From IMG/VR virus record IMGVR_UViG_3300042673_000573: 55,584 bases of DNA; one strand, given 5' to 3'. A model generated the notes under the pieces. That model saw only the letters and a program-made list of their open reading frames with translations, was not told where the DNA came from and made no database searches. This DNA comes from an uncultured virus (IMG/VR IMGVR_UViG_3300042673_000573) (taxonomy: Duplodnaviria; Heunggongvirae; Uroviricota; Caudoviricetes). Below, in pieces: positions 46,861 to 55,539 of this stretch (the stretch's first letter is position 1; the number at the start of each line of letters is the position of its first letter). Made by a program: the position numbers and the translations under genes.

Positions 46861-47070
46861 ATGGACGACTTAAAAACATTTGAGCAATATGTAAGACTAC
46901 ACCTGCTATCCTTGGAGCAAGACTCTGAGGAACTACAAACCAAAATGGATAACTATTCTAACTATGAAGACGATGAGTATCGTGAGTTAGAGATAGAAGA
47001 TATCTCCACCAATGGACAGATTCTTGCCTGCTACCACTTTTTGTCAGTGTTAGAGGCTACAATAGACTAA
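46861..47070 (+). CDS. Hypothetical protein
   Basis: ATG 7 nt after TATAAT. Confidence 0.6.
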   Translation: MDDLKTFEQYVRLHLLSLEQDSEELQTKMDNYSNYEDDEYRELEIEDISTNGQILACYHFLSVLEATID

Positions 47071-47348
47071 TGATGAATACAAAACTGGACCCACGACTAC
47101 AGAAATTAATTGATATGGGAGAGTCAGGTACTGACATCCTACACGGTGAACTTAAGAACCTAATGCTGGAAGCCGAGAATGATTACATTGAGATTGAGAA
47201 AGAGGAGCGTGAGGGTGGATACTCTGACGCAATGCTTTCTATGGACCGCACACGAGCAGAAGGACGAATGGACGCTCTTGTAGAAGTCTATGCCCTTACA
47301 TATCAATTAGCATTTGCTATCAGTGATAGGATGAAGAACAATGAATAA
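47070..47348 (+). CDS. Hypothetical protein
   Basis: Leaderless start behind TGTCAG promoter. Confidence 0.65.
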   Translation: MMNTKLDPRLQKLIDMGESGTDILHGELKNLMLEAENDYIEIEKEEREGGYSDAMLSMDRTRAEGRMDALVEVYALTYQLAFAISDRMKNNE

Positions 47349-47790
47349 CTTTATTGAAATGGACTTTGATGAGTGGTGTGATACATACAAGCCAATAGTT
47401 AATCATATAGATAACAATGCTTCATTTGATAATGGCTATGGTGGCATTATGTTTGAGACATATGGTGATGAGGTAGAGTTTGTTAAATCTCAATCCCCTG
47501 ACAAAATCTGGATGTATGGTGACGGAGACGACGGCGGGTCCTATGTCTGGAATGGCTGGGGATTTGTAAATAGATTAGGATACTTTATCACTGAAGTTCC
47601 TTGCCCTCCTGATACTGATATTCAGATACGAGTTAGTTATAACTGGTTCTACTGTGAGAACTGCAGCGCTGAGTTTGAGGACCCTGATAATACAATCAGA
47701 GATAAGTTTGATGAGGCCGATTTGGAAAAATGTCCTAATTGTGCTACAATTGAAGAACTACTACTAATAGAAACGGATACCCCACAATGA
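47341..47790 (+). CDS. Hypothetical protein with C-terminal Zn ribbon
   Basis: YKPI.NH, FETYG, VNRLGYFITE; CENC..CPNC. Confidence 0.7.
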   Translation: MNNFIEMDFDEWCDTYKPIVNHIDNNASFDNGYGGIMFETYGDEVEFVKSQSPDKIWMYGDGDDGGSYVWNGWGFVNRLGYFITEVPCPPDTDIQIRVSYNWFYCENCSAEFEDPDNTIRDKFDEADLEKCPNCATIEELLLIETDTPQ

Positions 47791-48107
47791 AACAACTAAT
47801 AGGTTATTTTGCTGTTGACTCAGGGCAGGCTTTAATTGGCGACCCTTGCTACTTAGAAGAATGGAAGCCTTGGGAGTCAGACAAGATTGCTTTTGATGAG
47901 CACCATAACAAGGCAGGCGAGTACGGTTATCTTGGTGCTTGTAACGCTACCTTGACAAAAGGATACGGGGAACTAAACAAAGGTTCTGCCGTTGTATTTA
48001 ACACAGGGTACGGTGACGGAATGTATCCTGTATACGCTGAAATAGAAGACGGCAGAGTACATAGTGTAACTGTTAACTTTGTTAATGATGAGGATGACGA
48101 CAACTAA
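47787..48107 (+). CDS. DUF4241-like protein
   Basis: VDSGQ..IGDPCY...TGYGDG.YPV. Confidence 0.65.
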   Translation: MKQLIGYFAVDSGQALIGDPCYLEEWKPWESDKIAFDEHHNKAGEYGYLGACNATLTKGYGELNKGSAVVFNTGYGDGMYPVYAEIEDGRVHSVTVNFVNDEDDDN

Positions 48108-48469
48108 TGGGAGCAAGAATCAACTATGTCTTTAAAGACTCACTAACAAAGCCTTCAGTGGTCCTCTATAGCCACTGGGGTGAGACCGAATGGCAGCGGG
48201 ACCTTGCTATGGCCCTGCAGCATTCAAAACCACGGTGGATTGATCAATCCTATGCCACGAGGATGATGATTAGTTATTTTATGCAAGACTCAGTCTTAGA
48301 TGAGACAGGGTTTGGAATCTATGCTATTAATAACGATGAGTATGAATTTTGGGATACTACTGTAATCATCGACTTCAATACTAAAACTATCTATGAACTT
48401 GGCTCAGACATAAATGTCAATTGGGACGCTTTCATTAATGCATACGCCCCACAAAATGTAAGCGCTTAG
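48107..48469 (+). CDS. Hypothetical protein (MGAR...LYSHWG family)
   Basis: Conserved-looking N-terminal motifs; coupled start. Confidence 0.65.
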   Translation: MGARINYVFKDSLTKPSVVLYSHWGETEWQRDLAMALQHSKPRWIDQSYATRMMISYFMQDSVLDETGFGIYAINNDEYEFWDTTVIIDFNTKTIYELGSDINVNWDAFINAYAPQNVSA

Positions 48470-48589
48470 GCGCCTTCAAATCAGGGGTTTGGTCACTTCC
48501 TGATTAACTAAATAAAGATAGGGTTGGCGTGACTGTGGGGGTTGCGCCACCCTGTCCTTTAGGGTATAATGAATTGAGAGGAGTATGCT

Positions 48590-48832
48590 ATGGCTTACAG
48601 TGTTAGGAGAGCGGAACATACCCCTGCCTCACGCTTAGCGCAGAGGTTGGCAAAGTTATTGACAGAAGATTTTTCTATTGACTTAGAGCAGGTGGGAATG
48701 TATTTAGTACAAAACCACCCAGCCATTGTCTTTAATAGATTTGATGTCCTTGCCTTGACGGCACAAGAGGAGTATGATAGAATGATGACAGACCAATTTG
48801 GAGAGGATTACAATGATAGATTTCGCAAATAA
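48590..48832 (+). CDS. Hypothetical protein
   Basis: GAGGAG RBS. Confidence 0.65.
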   Translation: MAYSVRRAEHTPASRLAQRLAKLLTEDFSIDLEQVGMYLVQNHPAIVFNRFDVLALTAQEEYDRMMTDQFGEDYNDRFRK

Positions 48833-49097
48833 GGCAGGTATCTTGGGACAGTTTTGGATTGAGTTCCGAGATGATGAGGATATGAAAAACTTTATCGAGT
48901 TCAACGATGTTGGGCTACCTCTTGGATATTTTATTGCTGAGGGGTTAGTAAAAGAAACACCAATGGCAGAAACATTTATTGAAGAGACATTTGATCTGTT
49001 GCTAAAGGCATTAGAGGTTACAGAAGAGGAACTTGAAGGAGTTACTAATATGAACGAACTAATGGCGTATGTAGAAGAGAACCGACCAGAAGAATAG
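48813..49097 (+). CDS. Hypothetical acidic protein
   Basis: GGAGAGG RBS before ATG 48813. Confidence 0.65.
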   Translation: MIDFANKAGILGQFWIEFRDDEDMKNFIEFNDVGLPLGYFIAEGLVKETPMAETFIEETFDLLLKALEVTEEELEGVTNMNELMAYVEENRPEE

Positions 49098-49105
49098 TTT
49101 GCAGA

Positions 49106-49136
49106 TAGGGAGCGCTCTTAATTGGGTGCTCCCTTT
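49106..49136 (+). terminator. Intrinsic terminator
   Basis: AGGGAGCGCTC-TTAATT-GGGTGCTCCCT then TT. Confidence 0.6.
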
Positions 49137-49159
49137 GGCATGCAAAAAAGCGCTAGAAT

Positions 49160-49960
49160 TTTGATATGATACCATGGACAAACCATTTTGTCAAACCTTA
49201 TTACGATCCAATCCAAAAAAGTCCCTGAAGTTCCTAGCATATCAAACCACATTTGTCAAACCTTATTACGAACGACATCAGAATTTTCCCAAATCGTGAT
49301 ATAATGGTTTGTATGAGTCCAAGATACTTTGCAGAATATGCTAAAAGAGATCCAAAGGGTTATAAGGCTTTCTCTGATCAGGTTTGGAATTCCTTTGTTG
49401 GTGTTACTCACCTTATAGGTTTGTCTAAGTTCTTTTCTTTCACTCCCGCCCTAGAAATCATTAATGATCCTATCAAAGACGGCGAAGCCGTGGGCGTAGC
49501 CCTTGGAGAGATCTACCAATTTTCCCAGGGGATTGAAATAGATACACCAAACAAACCCCTATAGAATAACAAACCTTTTCTCCTGGTTTTCTATAAATTT
49601 CATATTGGTTTTATAAAATAAGATTACGATTATCGACAATTTCTCCCTGATTATGGGAGATTTTTTTTGCATGAAATGGGCTTGACAAACCTTACAAGAT
49701 AGGATACAATGCCCAAACCATGCACATGAAGGTTTGACAGATATGAAGGTTTGCGATATAATCCCGCTATGAAGGTTTGGGGATATGAAGGTTTGAGGTT
49801 TGGGATTACGAACGCCCTTCGTTAAAAGTGCGCCATCCTCCACTACTCTCCACTTCACTCCACTTCTACTCTGTCTAATAATATAATCAGTAAGATTTAT
49901 ATGTGGATAAACCTGTGGATAACTAACATTTTTATGCTATCAAACCTGTGGATAACTATA
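49160..49960. other. Candidate replication origin: CAAACC/GGTTTG repeats plus three DnaA boxes
   Basis: TTTGTCAAACCTTATTACGA twice; GAAGGTTTG four times at 49727-49796; TGTGGATAA at 49902, 49914, 49947. Confidence 0.5.
49313..49564 (+). CDS. Hypothetical protein (leaderless)
   Basis: ATG 7 nt after TGATATAAT. Confidence 0.45.
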   Translation: MSPRYFAEYAKRDPKGYKAFSDQVWNSFVGVTHLIGLSKFFSFTPALEIINDPIKDGEAVGVALGEIYQFSQGIEIDTPNKPL

Positions 49961-50400
49961 TGATAAAATACATCTATGAACAAATTAGACTCATCATATT
50001 CTAAGTTTATGGGCTATAGAGTAGCCTGTACCCAGTGTGATCAACTATATATCAAACCAGATGATGAGCCATTTGTCTGTTTGTCTTGCCTATCAGACAC
50101 ATAAAAACCACGGGATAAAGTTCTCGTATATGGGGCATATGGGGCTATAGGGTTTATATCTTATAATAGGGATTACGAACACTTCTTTAATTCCCCCGAA
50201 ATATTTCAATGTGTTATAATTAACCTATCATGATTACCAGAGATCCAGAGAAATGTCACTATTGCGACAAGGCTGCTATGTATAGCCAGTTAGTTGGCAA
50301 ACCTGGAAACTACACTGTCTCAGGTGTGTGTAAAGATCATCTCATCATGGATTTAAACTCATAACTTGACCAAACCCTCAATCTAAGGTATACTGAATAT

Positions 50401-50631
50401 ATGGAACTGTTCATGAACGACTATGCCTCCTGGGTGCTTGCTATTATTGGCGTTACAGGTATCTTCTTTGTTGGTCGAAAGACTATATGGGGATGGTTTG
50501 TACTGCTATTTAATGAATGCTTATGGATTGCCTATGCTTTATATACTGATCAATATGGATTCATTTTCAGTGCCCTGGCCTATGCAGCCGTCTATATCAA
50601 ATCATATTTACATTGGAAGCGTGAAGAATGA
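50401..50631 (+). CDS. Small PnuC-like membrane protein
   Basis: Three hydrophobic segments, WGW...LW..Y pattern. Confidence 0.55.
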   Translation: MELFMNDYASWVLAIIGVTGIFFVGRKTIWGWFVLLFNECLWIAYALYTDQYGFIFSALAYAAVYIKSYLHWKREE

Positions 50632-50727
50632 AACCTCAAGAATGTCTAAAGTGTGAGATGAGTGTTAAAGATCCCTTGTTCTGGGAACTACATCAAACCA
50701 TGACAGATGGTAGGATATGGTGTGCTT

Positions 50728-50940
50728 ATGCTAAGAAACCTTGAGATACCTGATCCATTTACTGAGTTTCGTATAGCCAAATATGCCAAACAAAAGTATG
50801 GTGCCAGATATGACTTCTTCACTGGTGAATGGGATGTTAACTGTGGTGCTTGTGGAGAACTTATTAATGCTAATACCCGCAAACTTTTAATGAAGATTCG
50901 TTTGTATCATACAAGAAATGAGTGCTTAGGTGGATATTGA
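50728..50940 (+). CDS. Small Zn-finger-like protein
   Basis: CGACG...HTRNEC. Confidence 0.55.
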   Translation: MLRNLEIPDPFTEFRIAKYAKQKYGARYDFFTGEWDVNCGACGELINANTRKLLMKIRLYHTRNECLGGY

Positions 50941-51095
50941 TGAGTTTATTAAGGACCCTTGGAAAAGGTTTAACGAGATGCGTAATACCCCTCATGAATG
51001 TGATTACGATTACAGGATAGATTCTTCTGGCACGATGTTCTTTGAGATATGCAAACTATGCCTTGACACTAAAGGTGTGATTGAGATGGATGATC

Positions 51096-51332
51096 ATGAC
51101 TAAATGTTATGCTAAAAAGAACAACGGTAAAACCTGCTTTGCAAATACAACTGGCTCAAATCATTTTTGCCATATCCACGATCCTAACGGAAAGTTCAGA
51201 CAACAACTAAAGCGTAAAGGAATGGGCAAGGATTACGTTGTTAGATGTGAACATAAATGGTATATGCGTGAAAAGGGCATTCAGTGTGATAGGTGTTTAG
51301 TCATCTGGCAAAACGAGAATGCTAACCAATAG
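51096..51332 (+). CDS. Small Cys/His-rich protein
   Basis: C.AK..NGK.C....FC.IH and CEHKW..CDRC. Confidence 0.55.
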   Translation: MTKCYAKKNNGKTCFANTTGSNHFCHIHDPNGKFRQQLKRKGMGKDYVVRCEHKWYMREKGIQCDRCLVIWQNENANQ

Positions 51333-51394
51333 TGCCCGTGTAGGGCAAAGGTGGGTTTAGTTACTCTCTATTTTCGCCGAACTTTAAAAACTAA

Positions 51395-51640
51395 TTAAGC
51401 GATTTCGCCCGAACCAGCAATTGATCCAGATCCAGTTACTGACTTAACACCGTATGGTGCCCAGTTGTCGTTACTTCCGCCACCTACTGCAGGTGGATAT
51501 CCTGGATTACCAGGGTTGCTAATTCTAATGAAGTATGCTCCGTCAATACCGTATGGGTCTCCATCAGTAATAACTGTGTCTCCAATAGCATAAAGTGCTC
51601 CATTGTTGTATAGTCCTTGATAATTTGGTGGTGTTGGCAT
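51395..51640 (-). CDS. Small protein with CBM5/12-like motif
   Basis: Y..G..YAIGDTV....G.YF....GYPP...W; leaderless promoter. Confidence 0.5.
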   Translation of the reverse strand: MPTPPNYQGLYNNGALYAIGDTVITDGDPYGIDGAYFIRISNPGNPGYPPAVGGGSNDNWAPYGVKSVTGSGSIAGSGEIA

Positions 51641-51787
51641 GAGATTATTATATCATTGTATTTGACATTAGAGCGTGGTGGGGGTATACTTAATATATGA
51701 AAGAACCTAAAATTTCTCAAATGGATTGGCGTAGCCTTGGTTATTGGCCTGTCTGGAAAAATGGAAAGAAAGTGTGGGTCCCTAAAG

Positions 51788-52084
51788 ATGAACAACTTGA
51801 CAACAATTCAGAAGACTAATATCCTTCCATTACGATGGATAGGAAATTTCCTTGGTGAGTACGCTGGGAATCATTTAGTTAAGGCTATTGATTTAGATGA
51901 AGATGACAACTTGGGATTTAAGTTTAAATACCACGCAAAAATGTGGAGGGTGCTCAACAAGCCTTACGAATGGTGGGGAACATACTATCAACTTGATATA
52001 AAGGGTATGATAAAAGATTTAGATGGTGCAGGTTGGGATGACTACGACGAGTTTGGAAAGGCTTATTGGGATAAAGATGAGTAG
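51788..52084 (+). CDS. Hypothetical protein
   Basis: ORF, ATG 51788. Confidence 0.55.
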   Translation: MNNLTTIQKTNILPLRWIGNFLGEYAGNHLVKAIDLDEDDNLGFKFKYHAKMWRVLNKPYEWWGTYYQLDIKGMIKDLDGAGWDDYDEFGKAYWDKDE

Positions 52085-52177
52085 ACTAATTATATGTCCA
52101 GTGTGTAAAAAAGAATGGGATTTACGATGGGGAATTATGGCAAACGAATCATTAGCAAAACATATGAAGGGTCATAA

Positions 52178-52627
52178 ATGAAACCAATAGCACACATATA
52201 CGATGTTGATGGAACACTTGCTAATGTTGATCCATTCCTACACCACGTTCGTGGTGAAAAAAGAGATTACGATGCATTTCACTCTGCCTCTATTGATGCC
52301 TTACCAAATATTGAAGTGTTAGAGATGTTAAATAATTCTGTTAGTGATGGCTATTCAATTTTAATTGTTACATCACGCAAAGAAAAGTATCGTGGACTAA
52401 CCTCTATGTGGCTTGCTAAAAACAACATTAGATCACACGGTCTATTTATGAGAGCAGATGATGACAATAGACCAGATTACGAAGTTAAGAAAGATATTCT
52501 TGATAAGGTATCAGAACTTTGGAATGTTGAACATGCAGTAGATGATAATCCAAATGTCATAAGACTTTGGGAAGATCATGGAATACCTACAACGAAGATA
52601 GGTACTTGGGATGGACAAAAGGGATAG
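52178..52627 (+). CDS. HAD-family phosphatase (polynucleotide kinase 3'-phosphatase-like)
   Basis: DVDGTLA, VTSR, LFMR..DDNRPD..VK, VDDNP. Confidence 0.85.
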   Translation: MKPIAHIYDVDGTLANVDPFLHHVRGEKRDYDAFHSASIDALPNIEVLEMLNNSVSDGYSILIVTSRKEKYRGLTSMWLAKNNIRSHGLFMRADDDNRPDYEVKKDILDKVSELWNVEHAVDDNPNVIRLWEDHGIPTTKIGTWDGQKG

Positions 52628-52756
52628 TGAAACAAACAAACGACAAAGACTCTTTACATAAACAAAACAGGGCTGAAAGAAATACTCAAAGAATTAAAGC
52701 AAAGCCTAAGATGTCTAAGGTAGAGAAAAGAGAGCAAAGGCTTCGTGAAGAAATAA

Positions 52757-53425
52757 TTAGGACATCTTTAAATGAGATGGTTGAAGAAATGAAGAAGAAC
52801 TCTTCTGATCAATAAAATAGTTATACTTTTTATATACATACTTTATATCTTTATGTGAGTATATATAGTCAACAACTGATTGATACGCATCTGTTTTTAC
52901 ATGTTCTTCAAGTTTATTGTGTATGTGGGAATATTTCATTTTATCACTGGACACTCCAGAATTTTTCAATATTCTCATTGCAACATCTAAAGGGTTTTCT
53001 TCCATTTCAGAGTAAAGAAGTAAAAGATTTTTATTATTTAAATCAAGACAGTTTAGGTATGACATATAAATCATTATCTGATTATCAATAAATTCTTTTT
53101 CACGAAGACTTAGTTCGCTATTTGTTTTAATTTGACCTTCTTTTACTATTGACTTTCCCTCAATCACTCTTCCAACATGACCAGAAAACCATCTATCTAC
53201 ATTGTGGGCTATTGACTCTATTGGATCTCTTAATATAAAGTACTGGGTAACTTCATTTCCAAAATCTGCTATTAACATTATTGCCTCATGCTTCCAGATT
53301 ATCCAATCAGAACCCTCTGGCATATGATGATAGTTGTTTGTTTGAGAATCTCTCGTAATCCTTACACACATATCTGCAAGAGTCCAGGCTCCACTATTGG
53401 GATATGAGTTAATAAGAATTTTCAT
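52757..53425 (-). CDS. Sulfotransferase-like P-loop protein (divergent)
   Basis: INSYPNSG, KH, ILRDPIESI, YSEM.ENP. Confidence 0.55.
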   Translation of the reverse strand: MKILINSYPNSGAWTLADMCVRITRDSQTNNYHHMPEGSDWIIWKHEAIMLIADFGNEVTQYFILRDPIESIAHNVDRWFSGHVGRVIEGKSIVKEGQIKTNSELSLREKEFIDNQIMIYMSYLNCLDLNNKNLLLLYSEMEENPLDVAMRILKNSGVSSDKMKYSHIHNKLEEHVKTDAYQSVVDYIYSHKDIKYVYKKYNYFIDQKSSSSFLQPSHLKMS

Positions 53426-53556
53426 ATATACATTATATCAGCAGTAGTGTATACTAATTACATGATAATAACAGCACTCTTAGCATTTGTAGTAGGCTAT
53501 GTTTCTTGCTACTTTGTTATGACTTTTGGAATAAATAATGAAAAGGAGAAAGATCA

Positions 53557-53742
53557 ATGAGCCTATGTACATGTGGATACTCCACTGACTACCCAGATTG
53601 TAATGGAACACACAGAGCAGTAAGAAGGCTAAGAGAAGAGATTGCCCAGGCTATTGAGGCTATAGACATAGAGTCTTCAGTAACAAACGCCGTGGGCACA
53701 AAAATCTTAGCAGCAAAGATAGCAAGAAATCAAAATGATTAA
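53557..53742 (+). CDS. CDGSH iron-sulfur domain protein
   Basis: CTCGYSTDYPDCNGTH matches CxCx2Sx3PxCDG[ST]H. Confidence 0.75.
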   Translation: MSLCTCGYSTDYPDCNGTHRAVRRLREEIAQAIEAIDIESSVTNAVGTKILAAKIARNQND

Positions 53743-53811
53743 TAGGATTATTTTTATAATAAAACAAAAGATTAAAAATAAAAAAATAAAAAAGGCAAAA
53801 AGAATATACTG

Positions 53812-54714
53812 ATGTCCTATGATGCTTTTAATATAGATCTTAATCCATCAAAATTAATAGATGGGCTTATGCAGCCACCTCATGATTATAAAAGTGATAA
53901 GTATAGTTATACTGTTAACAAAGATGGTTTTAGATCTGTAGACTTTTTAACTAAGCCCCCGATAATTACCCTGGGATGCTCTATTACGTTCGGCACAGGG
54001 CTACCAGAAGGCTTTAATTGGCCATCACAGTTGCAGTCTTTACTGGGCAAAGACAAGATGGTTGGTAATCTTGGTGATCATGGATCTTCAATAATGAAAA
54101 ATATATCTCAGTTCTTTTCATTTATAAAAAAATATAACTATCTTCCAGAATATCTTTTGTGTAACTTCCCAGACTTTCAAAGATTTTATTTTATTAATAA
54201 AAACTTAAACAATATGGAAAATCTTTTTTGGTTAAAAGAAAACATAAAGACTAAGGGCACAGCGCCATTTGAATGGGACAAGATAGTTCCTTCTCAGTGG
54301 ATTAATTGGTCTAACCTTGATCACATTAAAATGTTAGAGCAGTTTTGTTATTTTAATAATATAAAACTAATCTGGACAACATGGTCTGATAATATTCCTG
54401 ATGAACTTGAAGATTGTTTGGCTAAAGACTTTATGTTTTATAAAAAAGATCCAACCAGAGAACTGTTTCCAAATGATTTTGAGTTTAACTTTGCAGTTGA
54501 CAAGATAGATAATTTAAGAACTCATTACGCAATTATAGATTCTAAAATAGATTGTCATAGTCAGGTTAGGGACAACAATCAGGATGTATTTGATTTTGGA
54601 TACGATCATGGAAACATAAATCCTCCATTTCATCCTCATCCTGGATCACACAGACATGCACATTGGGCAGACTTTTTTTACAAAGAAATGGAGAATATAA
54701 AAAATGATAGTTAA
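53812..54714 (+). CDS. SGNH-hydrolase-like protein
   Basis: NKDGFRS, LGCSITFG.G, NLG..GSS, C-terminal HPG..H. Confidence 0.65.
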   Translation: MSYDAFNIDLNPSKLIDGLMQPPHDYKSDKYSYTVNKDGFRSVDFLTKPPIITLGCSITFGTGLPEGFNWPSQLQSLLGKDKMVGNLGDHGSSIMKNISQFFSFIKKYNYLPEYLLCNFPDFQRFYFINKNLNNMENLFWLKENIKTKGTAPFEWDKIVPSQWINWSNLDHIKMLEQFCYFNNIKLIWTTWSDNIPDELEDCLAKDFMFYKKDPTRELFPNDFEFNFAVDKIDNLRTHYAIIDSKIDCHSQVRDNNQDVFDFGYDHGNINPPFHPHPGSHRHAHWADFFYKEMENIKNDS

Positions 54715-55447
54715 AGAAGAATATATACCTGATGGAATTGGGGCACAGTTATATAGAAAAATTATTATAAAGTCATATGCTGAATCTACAGGTAATGAAT
54801 ATTACAATGAACCTATTAAAGACTTTTTGATACACGAATCTGATAATATAAATACAGAAGATGAAAAGAATAAAGTTATAGAACAGTTTAATAATCTTAT
54901 ATTACACACAAATCCTAAAGACGTAACCTCTAAGATTAAAGAGATTAGTACAAATGAAATAAACTGTTCACTGCTTACTGATTTTAATTTTTTAAATATT
55001 GAAACAGTTAAAGAGAACAGAGTTGTTATCCATATTAGAAGAGGAAATGTTATACCAACCAATCCTCGCTGGATAGATGAAGAAAGATATGTAGAACTTG
55101 TAGACAATATAGATAATATCTCAAAACTTTTTTCATTAGAAAACCCAGAGATATTTATATTGACTGATTCTCCAGTTAATGCAAATAAGTTTAAACCATA
55201 TGACAAACAAGATGATTACTGGAAACAAGAACATCTTGTTGCTGATAGCAATGGAGAATATCCCTTAACATCAATTAATCCTGATAACTTTCCTAATGTT
55301 AAGATAATAAATAACATGGGTACGTATGAGTCATTTCTTTTTATGCTTAACTCAGCAGTTATAGTTCCATCTTGGTCAGCATTTAGTAGATCAGCATCTT
55401 TGTTAACAAAGAATTATTATGTTGACATCTTTGGCGTATTAGGGTAA
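54704..55447 (+). CDS. Fucosyltransferase-like (GT11-like) glycosyltransferase
   Basis: DGIGAQ, IHIRRGN, ILTD, SAFS..ASLL. Confidence 0.65.
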   Translation: MIVKEEYIPDGIGAQLYRKIIIKSYAESTGNEYYNEPIKDFLIHESDNINTEDEKNKVIEQFNNLILHTNPKDVTSKIKEISTNEINCSLLTDFNFLNIETVKENRVVIHIRRGNVIPTNPRWIDEERYVELVDNIDNISKLFSLENPEIFILTDSPVNANKFKPYDKQDDYWKQEHLVADSNGEYPLTSINPDNFPNVKIINNMGTYESFLFMLNSAVIVPSWSAFSRSASLLTKNYYVDIFGVLG

Positions 55448-55460
55448 ACTTATAATATAA

Positions 55461-55535
55461 GCACCAGTAGCCAAGTTGGTTAAGGCACCGAACTCATAAT
55501 TCGGCTATTCGTAGGTTCAAGTCCTACCTGGTGTA
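55461..55535 (+). tRNA. tRNA with CAT anticodon (elongator Met or Ile2)
   Basis: GCACCAG/CTGGTGT acceptor; CCGAA-CTCATAA-TTCGG; GTAGG-TTCAAGT-CCTAC. Confidence 0.9.
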
Positions 55536-55539
55536 CTAC

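Larger units (their letters stand above)
36970..47063. promoter_or_regulatory. 11 TGTCAG-N10-TAnnnT promoters (PafBC/RecA-NDp type)
   Basis: TGTCAG at 36986(-), 37157, 38458, 39677, 41311, 42540, 42809, 43519, 44152, 45468, 47042; each exactly 10 nt before a TAnnnT. Confidence 0.85.
36509..49097. other. Array of many small, closely packed early/host-takeover-type ORFs with repeated regulatory cassettes
   Basis: Many short ORFs (mostly 30-150 aa) with AGAAAG(G) RBS and TAATG coupling; repeated motifs listed separately. Confidence 0.75.

Noticed and set aside
47731..47750. Extra TGTC-type promoter (TGTCCT...TACAAT)
   Set aside because: Spacer is 8 nt and the hexamer mismatches, so it was not counted with the 11.
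49559..49858. Minus-strand 99-aa ORF
   Set aside because: Translates the CAAACC repeat tract (PQTFIS repeats); no convincing start signals; better explained as non-coding repeats.
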